A stretch of 64,000 nucleotides of DNA, taken from assembly GCF_009914755.1 (NCBI RefSeq), contig NC_060929.1. One strand, written 5' to 3'. This document shows positions 1 through 29,840 of the stretch, in pieces. Position 1 is the first letter of the stretch. Every line of letters begins with the position of its first letter. The stretch is from the human T2T-CHM13v2.0 reference genome, Homo sapiens. Both the position numbers and the translations under genes were made by a program. The notes beneath the pieces are model-generated. The model was not told the DNA's origin and did no database searches. It worked only from the letters and a program-made list of their open reading frames with translations.

Positions 1-4085
<4,085 letters not shown>

Positions 4086-4099
4086 GGTTTTCAGCTTTT

Positions 4100-4800
4100 T
4101 AAACATACTATTTTCTCTCTATAAAAGTAGAAAGGTTAGGATAATGAACCTTCATTTGCTTACCACCCACCTTCAAAAATGATCAACTCATGGCCAATCG
4201 TGTTTTATCCCCACACTTTTCCTCTCCACCCCAGATTATTCTGAAACAAATCCCAGACATATCAGTTCATCTGTAAACATTTCAATATGTGTCTCTAAAT
4301 TTTAAAAGTACAACCACAATACCATTATGCACAAAAAACTTAATTCCTTTATATCATCAAATATCCTATCATATTTAAATTTCCGTAATTGTCTCATTAT
4401 TTTACAGCTTGCTGGAATCAAGGTCCACATAAAGACCACACGTAGCAATTGGTGAATGTCTCTCAAATTTCTCTTTATAGGCTTCTTCTCCATATCTTTC
4501 TCTTTTTTCTTGGAAATTTTAATAGAAAAACTGGGTTGTTTGCCCTTTAATGTTGCAGTCTGGTCTTTGTTAATTGCATACTCATGGTGGTAACACGTTC
4601 TTCTGTATTTTCTATGAATTGGTAGCCATATCTAGAGGCTGATCAGATTTAGCTTCAATTTTTTGACCAGTCTCCTTCATAAGTGGTGTTGAGTACTTCC
4701 AAGAGGGGTACATAATGTCTGATTTTTCTTTGTATTATTGGCCATCATTTATGATATTCTGTTTCTGTAATTTCTTATTCACTAATTAGCTAGACTATAT
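4100..4800 (-). mobile_element. Old L1M 3' fragment
   Basis: AT-rich diverged L1-like motifs (acaaatcccagacat, aaatatttcaatatgt-like). Confidence 0.5.
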
Positions 4801-4811
4801 CCAAAATAGAA

Positions 4812-5990
4812 GCCAAGTCTGGTGGCTCATGCCTGTAATCTCAGCACTTTGGGAAGCTGAGGCAGGAGAATTGCTTGAGGCCAGGAGTATGAGACCAGCC
4901 TGGGCAACATGGTGAAACCCTGTGTCTGAGGAGGAATCAGCCATAGGGAAATTGGAGGGAGGGCTTTCTGCAAATGTAAAGGCACTGAGGGGTAAAGAGC
5001 TTGGGATAGCCGGGGACAGGGGTATCCCACCTGTAGTCCCAGCTACTTGGGAGGCTAAAGCAGAAGGATCGCTTGGGCTCAGGAGTTTTGAGACCAGCCT
5101 GGGCAACACAGCAAGGCCCTGTCCCTTTTTTCTTTCTTTTTTTTAAGTAGCTTGGAATGTTCTGGCAGGGTAATGTTGGGCTTAATAGTGAGGTGGGGAG
5201 TGGTAGGTTCAGAGTTTATGTAAGGCCCAGGCCAGGTGGGATTTTATGCTGTGCAGGTCCTTGTGTGATTGACAGCAGCAGGGGGCTGAAGGATAAGTGA
5301 GGGGGAATCTTCCGAGGTCATAACTGAATAGGTATTTGTGGCAACAAGTGGATGGGGGAAACTGGGAAGTGAATGAAGGGGCTGTGAGGGGAGTGATTGG
5401 GCCTCTCTGGCTCTTGATTTGTTTACTATCTGCTTCTCCTCATTAAAGAGGACATGGAGGTTGTCTGATTTGTTAATTCATTGCTACACATCTAGTGCCC
5501 AGATCCAGTGTCTGCTGACACTAAATAAGGAGTTTGGGTTTCATGTTAAGTGAATAGGAGATGCTTTAAGATTTTTAATGAAGGAGTGGTGTGAATGGGA
5601 TGATCACTCTGGCTGCTCTGTGGAGAACAGACTGTTTGGCGGGGAGAATGGAAGCAGGAACACCCGTCAGGAAGTGACTGCATGCATGCCAGTGAGAGAT
5701 CACCATGGTTTGGTCTGAGGTGAAGAGAGGCACACAGATTTGAGAGCAAATTTGGCAGGTAGAATTTATTGGTCGTACTGATGGATTAGATGTAGGAAGA
5801 ATCAGAGATGGCTCCCAGTTCTAGGTTGGGCCATTTACTAAGATGATCCTGACTTGGGACAGGATGAATTTGAAGAGAGATTCAACTGGTACATGCTAAT
5901 TAGGACTGAGATGGCCATAAGATGCCCAAGAGTTGTCAAACAGGAACTTAGCTAAAGCAGAGAGATTTGAGGCCATGAGAACACATAGAA
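4812..5990. mobile_element. Two Alu monomers (4812-4927, ~5007-5122) within L2 fragments
   Basis: FLAM-like monomers. L2 motifs such as gatcactctggctgctctgtggagaacagact and ccatttactaagatg. Confidence 0.7.
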
Positions 5991-6000
5991 TTACCTAAGG

Positions 6001-6152
6001 CAGTGGTTCTTTGCTGGGGTTGCTGCTGGCATCCAGGGATAGAGGCCAGGGATGCTGCTGAACATCCTGTACTGCACAGGACAGCCTCACTTTCCCCTAG
6101 TGAAGAATTATGCAGCCCAAAATTTCAATAGTGCTGAGGTTGAGAAACCCAG
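6001..6152. mobile_element. MER20-type hAT DNA transposon, internally deleted
   Basis: Termini cagtggttct...gagaaacccag, internal gatgctgctgaacatcct..gcacaggacagcc, 8-bp TSD-like acctaagg/cactaagg. Confidence 0.8.
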
Positions 6153-6959
6153 CACTAAGGGAAGGGGTAGGAGAGAAAAGTAAAGAAAAGATCCGACCAA
6201 ACCTGAGGAATGCCAACATTTTGATGTTGTGTAGATGAGGAAGAGTCAGAAAAGGGCAACCTTGAGCCTCCTTTGGTGAATAAGGGTGGTGCCTGGGAAA
6301 GCATGGAGGGATCAGGCTGGTGATCAGCAAGCTTGCACTTCATTTGCCTAAGGACATGCAGTTGCACTTCTTTAGAGTCAGCTTTTCACAAGGTTGGGTG
6401 AAAATTGTTAGGAGGCAGCACAAGGGGAGCAAAGATGTTACTAACCCCAGTCGCCAAAGCCTGAGGTATCTGGCCTGTAAACATAAGCAGTCTTCTCTGC
6501 TTCAGAGAGCCTGGTGAGAAGGGATGGGAAGCTGGGTTTCAGTTAAGCTAGAGGGAAAGTGCTGGAAGAGGAGGTACGTGAACAAGTAGCAGATAATTGA
6601 GCAAGAGTTACAGAGAACACAGTGGAAGGATTTGGAAGAAAGGGGAAGATTTGGAAGAAAAGAAAGGGATGCACCATTGTTACATCAAATAGTGAGATGA
6701 GTGCGGAGCAGTCTGGGGATGGGGTCATAATAGATGGTCCTGGGAGGTTTCAAATGCCGGTAAAAATTGAGATAAGGAAAGATATGAGACCTGTTGAACT
6801 TAGTTTTTATATTCCGTTATTAGGCGAGAACTGGGACCTGAAGGCTTTCCACAATAGCTTGGCAGGGGAGAGGGTTTTGGCAGTTAGGCATGACTGCTTC
6901 TGAAGGTTGTAGGCACTAAAATGGTACAGGTCATGCCTTGTTTTTGTTTTTCTGTTTTG

Positions 6960-8340
6960 TTTTGCTTTGTTTTCCCAATATAGACATCCAGTTGTTGCTG
7001 CACCAGCTTTTGAAAATCCTTTCTCCGTGAAATTGCTTTGGCATTTTCATCTAAAATTAGTGACTATATCTTATGAGTCTGGCTCTGGATTGCCTCTTCT
7101 GTTCATTGATCTCTTTGTCTGGCCTTATGATAATATACTGTCTTGAGTATTGCAGAGTTATGTTAAAATCAGAAAGTGTGAGTCCTCCATCTTTGTGCTT
7201 CAAGATTGTTTTGGTTATTCTAAAATAGCCACATATATTTTAAAATCAACTAGGCAGTTTCTACGAAAAAAAAAAAAACCTGTTGGGATTTTAATTGGGA
7301 TTGTGTTGAATATATCAATTTGAAGAGAACTGACATCTTAATGATGTTGAGTTTTCTAATCTCACTGGTATCTCCATGTCCAGCCTCATGGGATCTCTTC
7401 ATTTATTTAGGTTTTCTTTTGTTTCTTTCACAAATGTTTTGTAATTTTTGGTGCAGAGATCTCACATGTCTCTTGGATTTTTGGGGTTTTCGTTTTTTAA
7501 TAGAGATGGCATTTTGCCATGTTGCCCAGGATGGTCTCGATCTCCTGGGCTCAAACGATCTGCCTGCCTTGGCCTCCCAAAGTGCTAGCATTACAGGCAT
7601 GAGCCACTGCACCTAGTATGTCTCTTGTTATTTTAATATATCAAGTATTTTAATGTAATTTTTGATGCTCTTTTAATGAAGCAGTTAGGAATTTATCAAT
7701 TTTATTAATCTTTTCAAATAATCAAAATTTTATCTTGGTTACTTTCCTGTATCTTTTTGTCCTTCTCATTGACATCTGCACGTTATTATTTCTTCCTTCT
7801 TACTTTGGATTTAATTTCGTCTTTTCTAGTGTAAGCATTTAATACAATAAAATTCCCCCTAAGCACTGCTTCAGTGATATCCCACAAATTTTGATAAAGT
7901 GTATTTTCATTTTACTCCATTTGAAATATTTTCTAATTTCTTTTGTAATTTCTTAGACCAATTGGTTATTCAGAATTGTGGTGTTTAATTTCTAAATATC
8001 TGGTGCTGTTCCAGATGTCTTCTTACTGTTAATTGATTTCTCATTTAATTCCATGTGGTCAGAAGATATACTCTCTAAGATTTCAGTCTTTTGAGATTGG
8101 GACTTATTTTATGCGTGTGGACTATCTTGACAACCATTTGTGTGCAGTTGAAAAGAATCTATATTCTGAAGTTGTTGGTTGTAGTATTCTATATCAGGTC
8201 AAGATGGTTCAAATTTTCTATGTCCTTATTGTGGTTTTTTTTTGTTTGTTTTTTATCTACTACTTTTAATTATGAAAAGAGGGATGCTAAAAATCACCAG
8301 CTATGATTGTGGATTTTCCTGTTTCTCCCTTTCTTTCCTC
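6960..8340 (-). mobile_element. L1M ORF2-derived fragments with an Alu monomer at ~7480-7615
   Basis: Antisense L1 motifs (gattttaattgggattg, cccacaaattttgata, tttaattccatgtggtcaga). Confidence 0.75.
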
Positions 8341-8432
8341 TTGAATTCTGATTGATTTATCCTTAATTCAAGATATAACCCTTTAGGATCCTAGTTTTTG
8401 GAGGGGGTGAAGGTTTTATTAAACTCTACTCT

Positions 8433-8740
8433 GGGCCGGGCACGATGGCTCACGCCTGTAATCCCAGCACTTTGGGAGGCTGAGGCAGGTGGATCATGAG
8501 GTCAGGAGATCGAGACCATCCTGGCTAACACGGTGAAACTCCGTCTCTACTAAAAATACAAAAAATTAGCCAGGCGTGGTGGTGGGCGCCTGTAGTCCCA
8601 GCGACTCGGGAGGCTGAGGCAGGAGAATGGCGTGAACCCGGGAGGCGGAGGTCGCAGGCAGTGAGCCGAGATGGCGACACTGCACTCCAGCCTGGGTGAC
8701 AGAGTGAGACTCCATCTCAAACAAACAAACAAACAAACAA
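8433..8740 (+). mobile_element. AluY with (AAAC)n tail
   Basis: AluY diagnostics (gagatcgagaccatcctggctaacacgg, gaatggcgtgaaccc). TSD actctactct on both sides. Confidence 0.92.
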
Positions 8741-9409
8741 ACACTCTACTCTGGATGGGCCTTGGGCCTTGTCCACTGTTTGCTGTGCCCTGTGAGATCT
8801 GTAAACAGAAGCTCAAGTCCGTGTTGTTTGTTACATACATTTAAGCTATAGAAAGCAACCTATGGTCACCTTCCTCTCTGAGTACCTGCCTTCATTTGGG
8901 TTTTGGGGGTTTTTTTTGGCCTGAGAATTGTTTGAATTTCTTATGGATACATTTGAGATGTTTGTTTGTAGGGGAAGGGAAGGGAAATCTAGGCAGCTGG
9001 CCCAGCATATTACTTGCTATATGGAAAAGTTTATTTTTCTTAGTCTGACTTTATAATTGTTTCCTTTATAATTTGGCAGATAAGAGGAATTTTAGACTTT
9101 GAGCTGGAAGGTCTGGTGTAGAAAATAAGTATGGAGAGAAAAAAGGAAAGGTATTTCAAGTTTAGAATTGGCAAAAATAGGGTATATTCCTTTGGTAGTG
9201 AAATAGCCATAGGTTGGCATTAAGTTAATGGAAAACATGTTTATGACTTTTTTTATTTTTATTGAGATGAGGTCTCGCCATGTTGCCCAGGCTGGTCTTG
9301 AACTCCTGAGCTCAAGCATTCTGCCCATCTCGGCCTCCCAAAATGCTGGGATTACAAGCATGAGCCACCGCAGCTGGTCATGTTTATGACTTCTAATCTG
9401 AAGCTTGGC

Positions 9410-10370
9410 CTCCTCTTCCAAGCTCTCGTGGCTGTCAGAATTCAGTTCTATGTGCTTATAGAACTGAGATGGCAGTTTCCTTGCTGGCTATTAGTTGGGA
9501 CCACTGTCAGCTCCTAGAGGCCACCTTCATTCCTGGCCATATGGCCCCTCCATTTTCACAGCCGGGAAAAGAGAATCTCCTTTGTGTCAAATCATCTCAT
9601 CCTATAGCAGTCTGGAGTCCAATAAGGAGATAGAAACCACAGTCGGTTAAGCAGGGGAAGATAAAGAATTATTTTTTTCTTTTGCGGATTAGGTAGCCAC
9701 GTAAACCAAAATAGGTTGAGAGAGATTTCAGAATTATTATTATGGCAAAAGAGTTACTAAAAGATACAAAGAAACTATATTTGGTTCCCTAGGACTGAGG
9801 GAGAGTAACCAAAGAACAGACTTGGAAGGGATTCAGACCTCACTAGACAAAGTATGGTTGAGCCCACCAGATAGCAAAGGAGTTTGTTGGTTTGGCCAGA
9901 CCAGGGTTTGCCTGGAGTTTCTGGGCAAGCAATTGGCCTCTTCTGGAGTACAGGCAGGGGGCGAGGTCATCGGGGGCATGGATGTAGTGGGAGTCCCTGT
10001 CCCCATACGAGCAGGAGGCCTTCAAGGCATGTATGCCGGGCAGGGGCTTTGCTTAACATGTGGAGAGGGTTCTGAAGTTATTGCCAGGCCAAGGCTACAA
10101 GATCAAAGAGGTACCACGTTCTGGCCTCGAGCCATAGTAGGCTTCACCAGAGGTTCTCACACCCACTCCGCGACCTCCGGCCTACGCCTGAAATGTCCCT
10201 CCAGCTTCCTCTACTGAGAAAGCTTAACAGCGTGCTCACTTTACAGGAGAAATAAAGTAATTCACTTGTTTATCACAGAGCACACATTGAATTGCACTTC
10301 ATTTGCCTAATGTTCAGAGCTGAGAGGCAATAAATTCGTGACTGAAACACACACTCCAAATGTCTTTGTA
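9410..10370. mobile_element. Old ERVL-MaLR (MLT1-like) LTR fragments
   Basis: MLT1 motifs (agaattcagttc, cagctcctagaggccacc). The segment from ~9600 is LTR-like but its family is uncertain. Confidence 0.5.
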
Positions 10371-10384
10371 AGGGAGAGTCCTGT

Positions 10385-12202
<1,818 letters not shown>

Positions 12203-12454
12203 TAATATAATCTAACCATGGAGTGACTATTCTGTCAGATTCACTGAGTTTTATACAGAGTGTGTATACTGAGTGGTGGGAACCTCGGGAGAATTGAAAT
12301 CTGCCTGCCATAGAGTGGGTGGTCGCGGGAGAGGAGGTGGAGATGAGAATGACTCAGTGCTACATGAGAAACTCCTTTGTGAAGTAAATAGGTTGTATTT
12401 CATTCTGTGGCTTGAATACATTTTTAGCTGTCTTACAGAGAAAGAGAAGAAATA

Positions 12455-17040
<4,586 letters not shown>

Positions 17041-17395
17041 GAAGAAAAAACAGTTTCTAAATACTGACCTGACCAAGAAAGGGGTCTTCATTCTTTCTTC
17101 TGGATATTCTTTAGTGAAGGCACCAAAGGCTTGTGTTGAACTTAATCAGTGCTCAGTGGATGGATTCTCATTTTCTGAATTCTCAATTTAGATTTAGCTA
17201 AATTAATGCCTTCTGAAATGTTCTCAGTTAAAATATTCCAGAAGGTCACTTTTTGAAGTGGGAACAGTAATCTGATCTGATTCCTGGTCTAGGATCTACT
17301 ACTACCTAATTAGCATTGTGACCATAGGCCAATCACTTAGACTCTCTCTGCCTGTTTCCTAGTACAAGAATTAAATGAAAGGTTATATGTGAAAT

Positions 17396-18532
<1,137 letters not shown>

Positions 18533-19346
18533 GAAATAGCATCAGTATATTTTAAAAGTTCCCTGAGTGATTATAATTTGCAGCTGGGGAGGAGAACCAC
18601 TCCGCTACAACATCCTACAAAGTGCTGGGAAGTGGTGTTTTCATTCTGTGCTATATTCTTGGTAACAAAAGGAGATAGGGGCTAGTTTAAATTCTAATGG
18701 ATTTTTTTAGTATTTCTAGGCATTGGCCAGTTGTCTCAGTCTCTTACGAAAGTGTTTTTTCAGGCAGCTTGTATTGCCTGCCGGGATTGGGGAAGTCCTT
18801 GGTTAGTTTGGAATTTTCCATGACTCTTAGCTCTGCACCATTAGCGTCAACTGCAGTCACAGAGCTTTTCAGTGTGTCCGCCTGTGCTGTTCTCTTCCTT
18901 TTTTTATAATGTCAGATGGATGATGTTGAACCTCAACTACAAGTCTTAGTATTGTGTTTGTGTTTAATACCCTACTTCTAAGGATGGATCAGAAAATCTC
19001 ATCTGAATGAACTTTTTGTTTATTAAGTGAGTCAGCTTGAACTATCTGTTTTGGCCTGCTTTCCTCAGGTGTCATGTTTCCTGTCACAAAATCACCTTTT
19101 GTTTCTGTGGGCACAAGCTTCTGATATGGTGCTGGCTAATTCTCCAGCAATCTCTCCATTGGTGATCAGAATCAGCCTTTTGATCCTCTGATTGGAAAAG
19201 CTCTAAAAATGACAGTAAATGAAAGAAAAAAGATCCACCCGGATAATGGCCTAGTTGGGGCTTGGCTAGTTCCCCGCTTATAGGGAAATTTAAAGTCCTG
19301 AAAGCGTGAAAGGAGACTGCTGTAGTGATATATCCACTTACCCTTA

Positions 19347-19990
<644 letters not shown>

Positions 19991-20145
19991 CTAGATCCCA
20001 ATGTACCATGCAGAAAGGATAGCAGTATGTTACCAAATTTCACTCTCCCAGATTGGTAGTTGGAGGTTGGTTGGGCTTGTTTACCTTAACCCTGCCCTCC
20101 TCCCCACACCACTGCCCACCAATGAAAGAAATTCAAATTCATACA

Positions 20146-20629
20146 CAGTTGACCTTTGAATAACGTGGAAGTTAGAGGTTCCGATCCCCTGCACAGTTGA
20201 AAATCCATTTATAACTTTTGAATCCCCCCAGATTTAATTACTAATAGCCTACTGTTGATCAGGAGCTTTACCAATAACATAAACAGTCAATTAACACATA
20301 ATTTGTATACGTATTATATCCCGTGTTCCTATAATAAAGGAAGGTAGAGAAAAGAAAATGTTAAGAAAATCATAAGGAAGAGAAAATATGTTTACTATTA
20401 TATTAAGTGGAAGTGGATGAGCATAAAGGTCTTCATCCTTGTTGTCTTCACACTGAGTAGGCTGAGGAGGAGGAAGAAGAGGGCTTGGTCCTGCTGTCTC
20501 AGGTGTGGTAGAGGCAGAAGAGGTGGAGGAGGTGGAAAGGGAGGTGGAGGCAGGACAGGCAGGCATATGAGCAGGCCCAGGCATCCAAGTCGACCTGCAT
20601 GGTTCAAACCCATGTTCAATGGTCAGCTG
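20146..20629. mobile_element. Tigger2-family (Tigger2a/MER28-like) DNA transposon
   Basis: Terminal inverted repeats cagttgacctttgaa ... ttcaatggtcagctg. Internal gaggaggaagaagagg tract typical of the family. Confidence 0.82.
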
Positions 20630-21064
20630 GATTTTGAGTAGGAACTAAAGGCAGTGTGTATTCTGCTTCATTCCCCTGTCTGTCTTCCTCCTTCCCTGAC
20701 CACCCTGTCGAAATAATGCCCCGTCAAGCCACTCTCTATTCCTTCTCCTTGCTTGACTTCCTTCATAACAGTTATCACCTGACATTCTATTATGTAAGCT
20801 CTGTGAGGATAGTGACATTTCATTTTTCGCCATTGTATTTCTGAGGCCTAGAACTTAGTAGGTGCTCATTAAATATTTCTTTAGTAAGTGAAGAATGGTT
20901 TGAATACTCAGACATTTGCATATTTTTTTGTTGTTTGCTTTTGTCTGAGCTAAGTGATTCTCAAAACTTTATTTGGCATATGAATTACCGTATCATATAT
21001 AAGACCCTTTATACAGAACTTTGTGAGCTATATAAGAAAATTTTAAAGATAAATCTATGCTATT

Positions 21065-21675
21065 TTTCTTTTCTTTTTTTAGAGACAGGGTCTCACTCTG
21101 TTGCCCAGGCTGGAGTGCAGTGATGTAACTATAGCACTGCAGCCTTGAACTCCCAGGCTCAAGGGATGCTCCCACCTCAGCCTCCTGGGTAGCTGTGGCT
21201 ACAAGTGCAAGTCAGCAAACACAGTGAATTTTTAAAATTTTTTTATAGAGACGGGTTCTCACTGTGTTGCCCAGACTGGTCATCAACTCCTGGCTTCGAG
21301 TGATCCTTATCCTCCCAAAGTGCGGGATTATAGGCATGAGCCACCGCACCCAACCTGTTTTTCACTTTTAACCCTGAAGTCGGCTGGGCGAGGTGGCTCA
21401 CGTCTGTAATCCCAGCACTTTGGGAGGCCGAGGCGGGCACATCACGAGGTCAGGAGATGGAGACCATCCTGGCTAACACGGTGAAAACCCATCTCTACTA
21501 AAAATACAAAAAATGAGCTGGGCGTGGTGGCGGGCGCCTGTAGTCCCAGCTACTCGGGAGGCTGAGGCAGGAGAATGGGTGAACTCGGGAGGCGGAGCTT
21601 GCAGCAAGCCGAGATTGCACCACTGCAGTCTGGACTGGGCGAAAGAGCGAGACTCCATCTCAAAAAAAAAAAAAC
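21065..21675. mobile_element. Head-to-head AluJ (-) and AluY-type (+) pair
   Basis: Alu consensus. TSD aaccctgaagt around the + copy. Confidence 0.93.
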
Positions 21676-22280
21676 CCTGAAGTAAGATGTGACACCATTT
21701 TACTTCCTTTATAGTTTAGTCTGTAATACAGAGGAATACCTCATTATTTAGATTCTGAAGTAAACTGGGGAGAAGGTAAATGCCCATTCTGTTAAGTTCC
21801 ACAGTAGGATGTGTTACATATTTTGGTGGTGATGGGGATTAGAAAAGGGGACCTTACATGTTATAGTCTAATAGGAAGATGATAAGCTACAATCAAACCT
21901 TGCCTGTACCAGTAAAAATGGGTGTGTCATGTAGGTTGTGGGTCTTAACATTTGGAGAATGGATAAAATAAGACACATTTTCCCTGAGGTTGGAAGTTGT
22001 GATGATGATAAATTGAGATTAAGTGAAAACGCTTTGAAGCGAAGATATCATGAATTCAGGAAATCTTGGATACTTGGAAAGATAATCAGGTAATGAGAGA
22101 AAAGTCAGAGACTTACTGTGACAAAGCCTCACTGCTTTGTGATATGTCTCAAGATGAAGGCAGGCTACGTCCTGGGAAACATTTTGTTATCAGACATGCT
22201 GCTGTTAACACAATGTATATGGAAAGTTTGGTGTGAATGCAGTAGATTTAAGTTTTGCTAGTGTACTTTTTCCATGCTAA

Positions 22281-22439
<159 letters not shown>

Positions 22440-22834
22440 GGAAGAAGACATGCTCTACAGTGCTCAGTCTTTGAGGTGACTATGCTTGTGACCTTTCTTA
22501 TCAGTATGGTCAGGCAGTCAGAGTTTGCCTTGACTTTTTCTCACATTTTATGGCCATTTTAACACGTGGCAAGGGCAAGCTGCTGAATGCAAACACGATC
22601 TGAAGAGCAGAAATAAAATTGGAACTTAAGCCTTAGCTTACCTAAATCTCATTAAGATTCTTTTTAGATTCTGCTATCACCCTGCCTTTTTAAATAAATA
22701 CAGTTTAATTTACAAAATTAAGCTTGCATGCACTCTTTCAGACGCAGATCAAAAAAGTAACTGTTTATACTTGGCATTGTGAGATCCAGCAACTTTAAAA
22801 AGTGGCTGGCAGATTTAAAATTGAGCAGGTTTCT

Positions 22835-23037
22835 TTCCAGCAGTAGTCAGCCATCCGGACAGAACCGTTCCTGTGATGGTGTTACACTGCTGGGAGAGGA
22901 ATGTCTTGTCTTCATCCGGTTGCCTGCGCCACTGTTCTGGTGGCGTCTGGCACTGGTGCAAGACAGAGCTGTGCTTCCCCGAGAGTGTGCTAAGCATTCA
23001 CTTTGGCTGCTTAGTTCTAGTCTGGGAGCAGACAGAG
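22835..23037 (+). ncRNA. SNORA74B: H/ACA box snoRNA SNORA74B (U19 family), intronic
   Basis: About 200 nt with U19 hallmarks (CCTGTGATGGTGTTACACTG; CTAGTCTGGG..CAGACA). 5' stem ttccagcagt pairs with actgctggga. H box AGAGGA at 22895-22900. ACA at 23032-23034, 3 nt from the end. Same strand as the host gene. Confidence 0.93.
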
Positions 23038-23083
23038 AAAACAAAATTAAGGTTTTTGAATGCTTTGGATGGAGAAAGGTGCC

Positions 23084-23851
23084 TGCGTCCGTTTGTTTTG
23101 TGTTGCTATAAAGGAATACATGAGACTGGGTAATTTATATTTGGCTCGCAGTTCTGCAGGCTGTATAAACATGACACCCGTATCTGTTTGGCTTCTGGTG
23201 AGGCCTCAGGAGGTTTTTACTTATGGCAGAAAGCAAAAGGGGGGCAGCCGTGTCATATGGCCAGAGAGGGAGCAAGAGAGAGAGAAGGAGGTGCCAGGCT
23301 CCTTTAAACAAGCAGCTCTTGTGTGCACTAACAACTACTTCACTCGTTACTATGGGGAGGTATATTAGCCCATTTTCACGCTGCTGATAAAGACATACCC
23401 AAGACTGGGTAATTTATAAAGAAAGAGAGGTTTAATGGACTCACAGTTCCTCGTGGCTGGGGAGGCCTCACAATAATGGCGGAGGATGAAAGGCAGTTCT
23501 TACATGGTAGCAGCAAGAGAGAATCAGAACCAAGCAAAAGGGGTCTCCCCTTATAAAACCATCAGATCTCGTGAGACTTATTCACTACCATGAGAACAGT
23601 ATGGGGGAACTGCCCCCATGATTCAGTTATCTCCCACCAGGTCCCTCCCACAACACGTGGAAATTATGGAAGCTACAATTCAAGATGAGATTTGGGTGGG
23701 GACACAGCCAAACCATATCAGGAGGGTACCAAGCCATTCATGAGGAATCCACCCCCATGACCCAAACACCTCCCACCAGGCCCCACCTCCATCATTGGGG
23801 ATCACATTTCAACATGAGATTTGGAGGGGACATATAATCCAAGCCATATCA
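23084..23851 (-). mobile_element. MST-type MaLR solo LTR (outer element)
   Basis: TG...CA termini, TSD GTGCC (23079-23083 and 23852-23856), MST motifs (gctataaaggaatac, cacatttcaacatgagatttggagggga). Confidence 0.88.
23361..23720 (-). mobile_element. THE1-type solo LTR nested in the MST LTR
   Basis: gctgctgataaagacatacccaagactggg...gacacagccaaaccatatca. TSD GGAGG (23356-23360 and 23721-23725). Confidence 0.9.
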
Positions 23852-23874
23852 GTGCCTTTTGAAAATCAGTCTTT

Positions 23875-24229
<355 letters not shown>

Positions 24230-24289
24230 TCACTGGCCGAGAGTCAGGAAACCTCTTATTTAATCTGTTCGTTGTTTTCATTATTTTGT

Positions 24290-29840
<5,551 letters not shown>

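Noticed and set aside
20291-20641. Ser/Thr/Pro- and Gly/Arg-rich ORFs
   Set aside because: They derive from the GA-rich interior of the Tigger2-family element.
22779-23133. ORFs on both strands over the snoRNA
   Set aside because: The region is explained by SNORA74B and the adjacent LTR.
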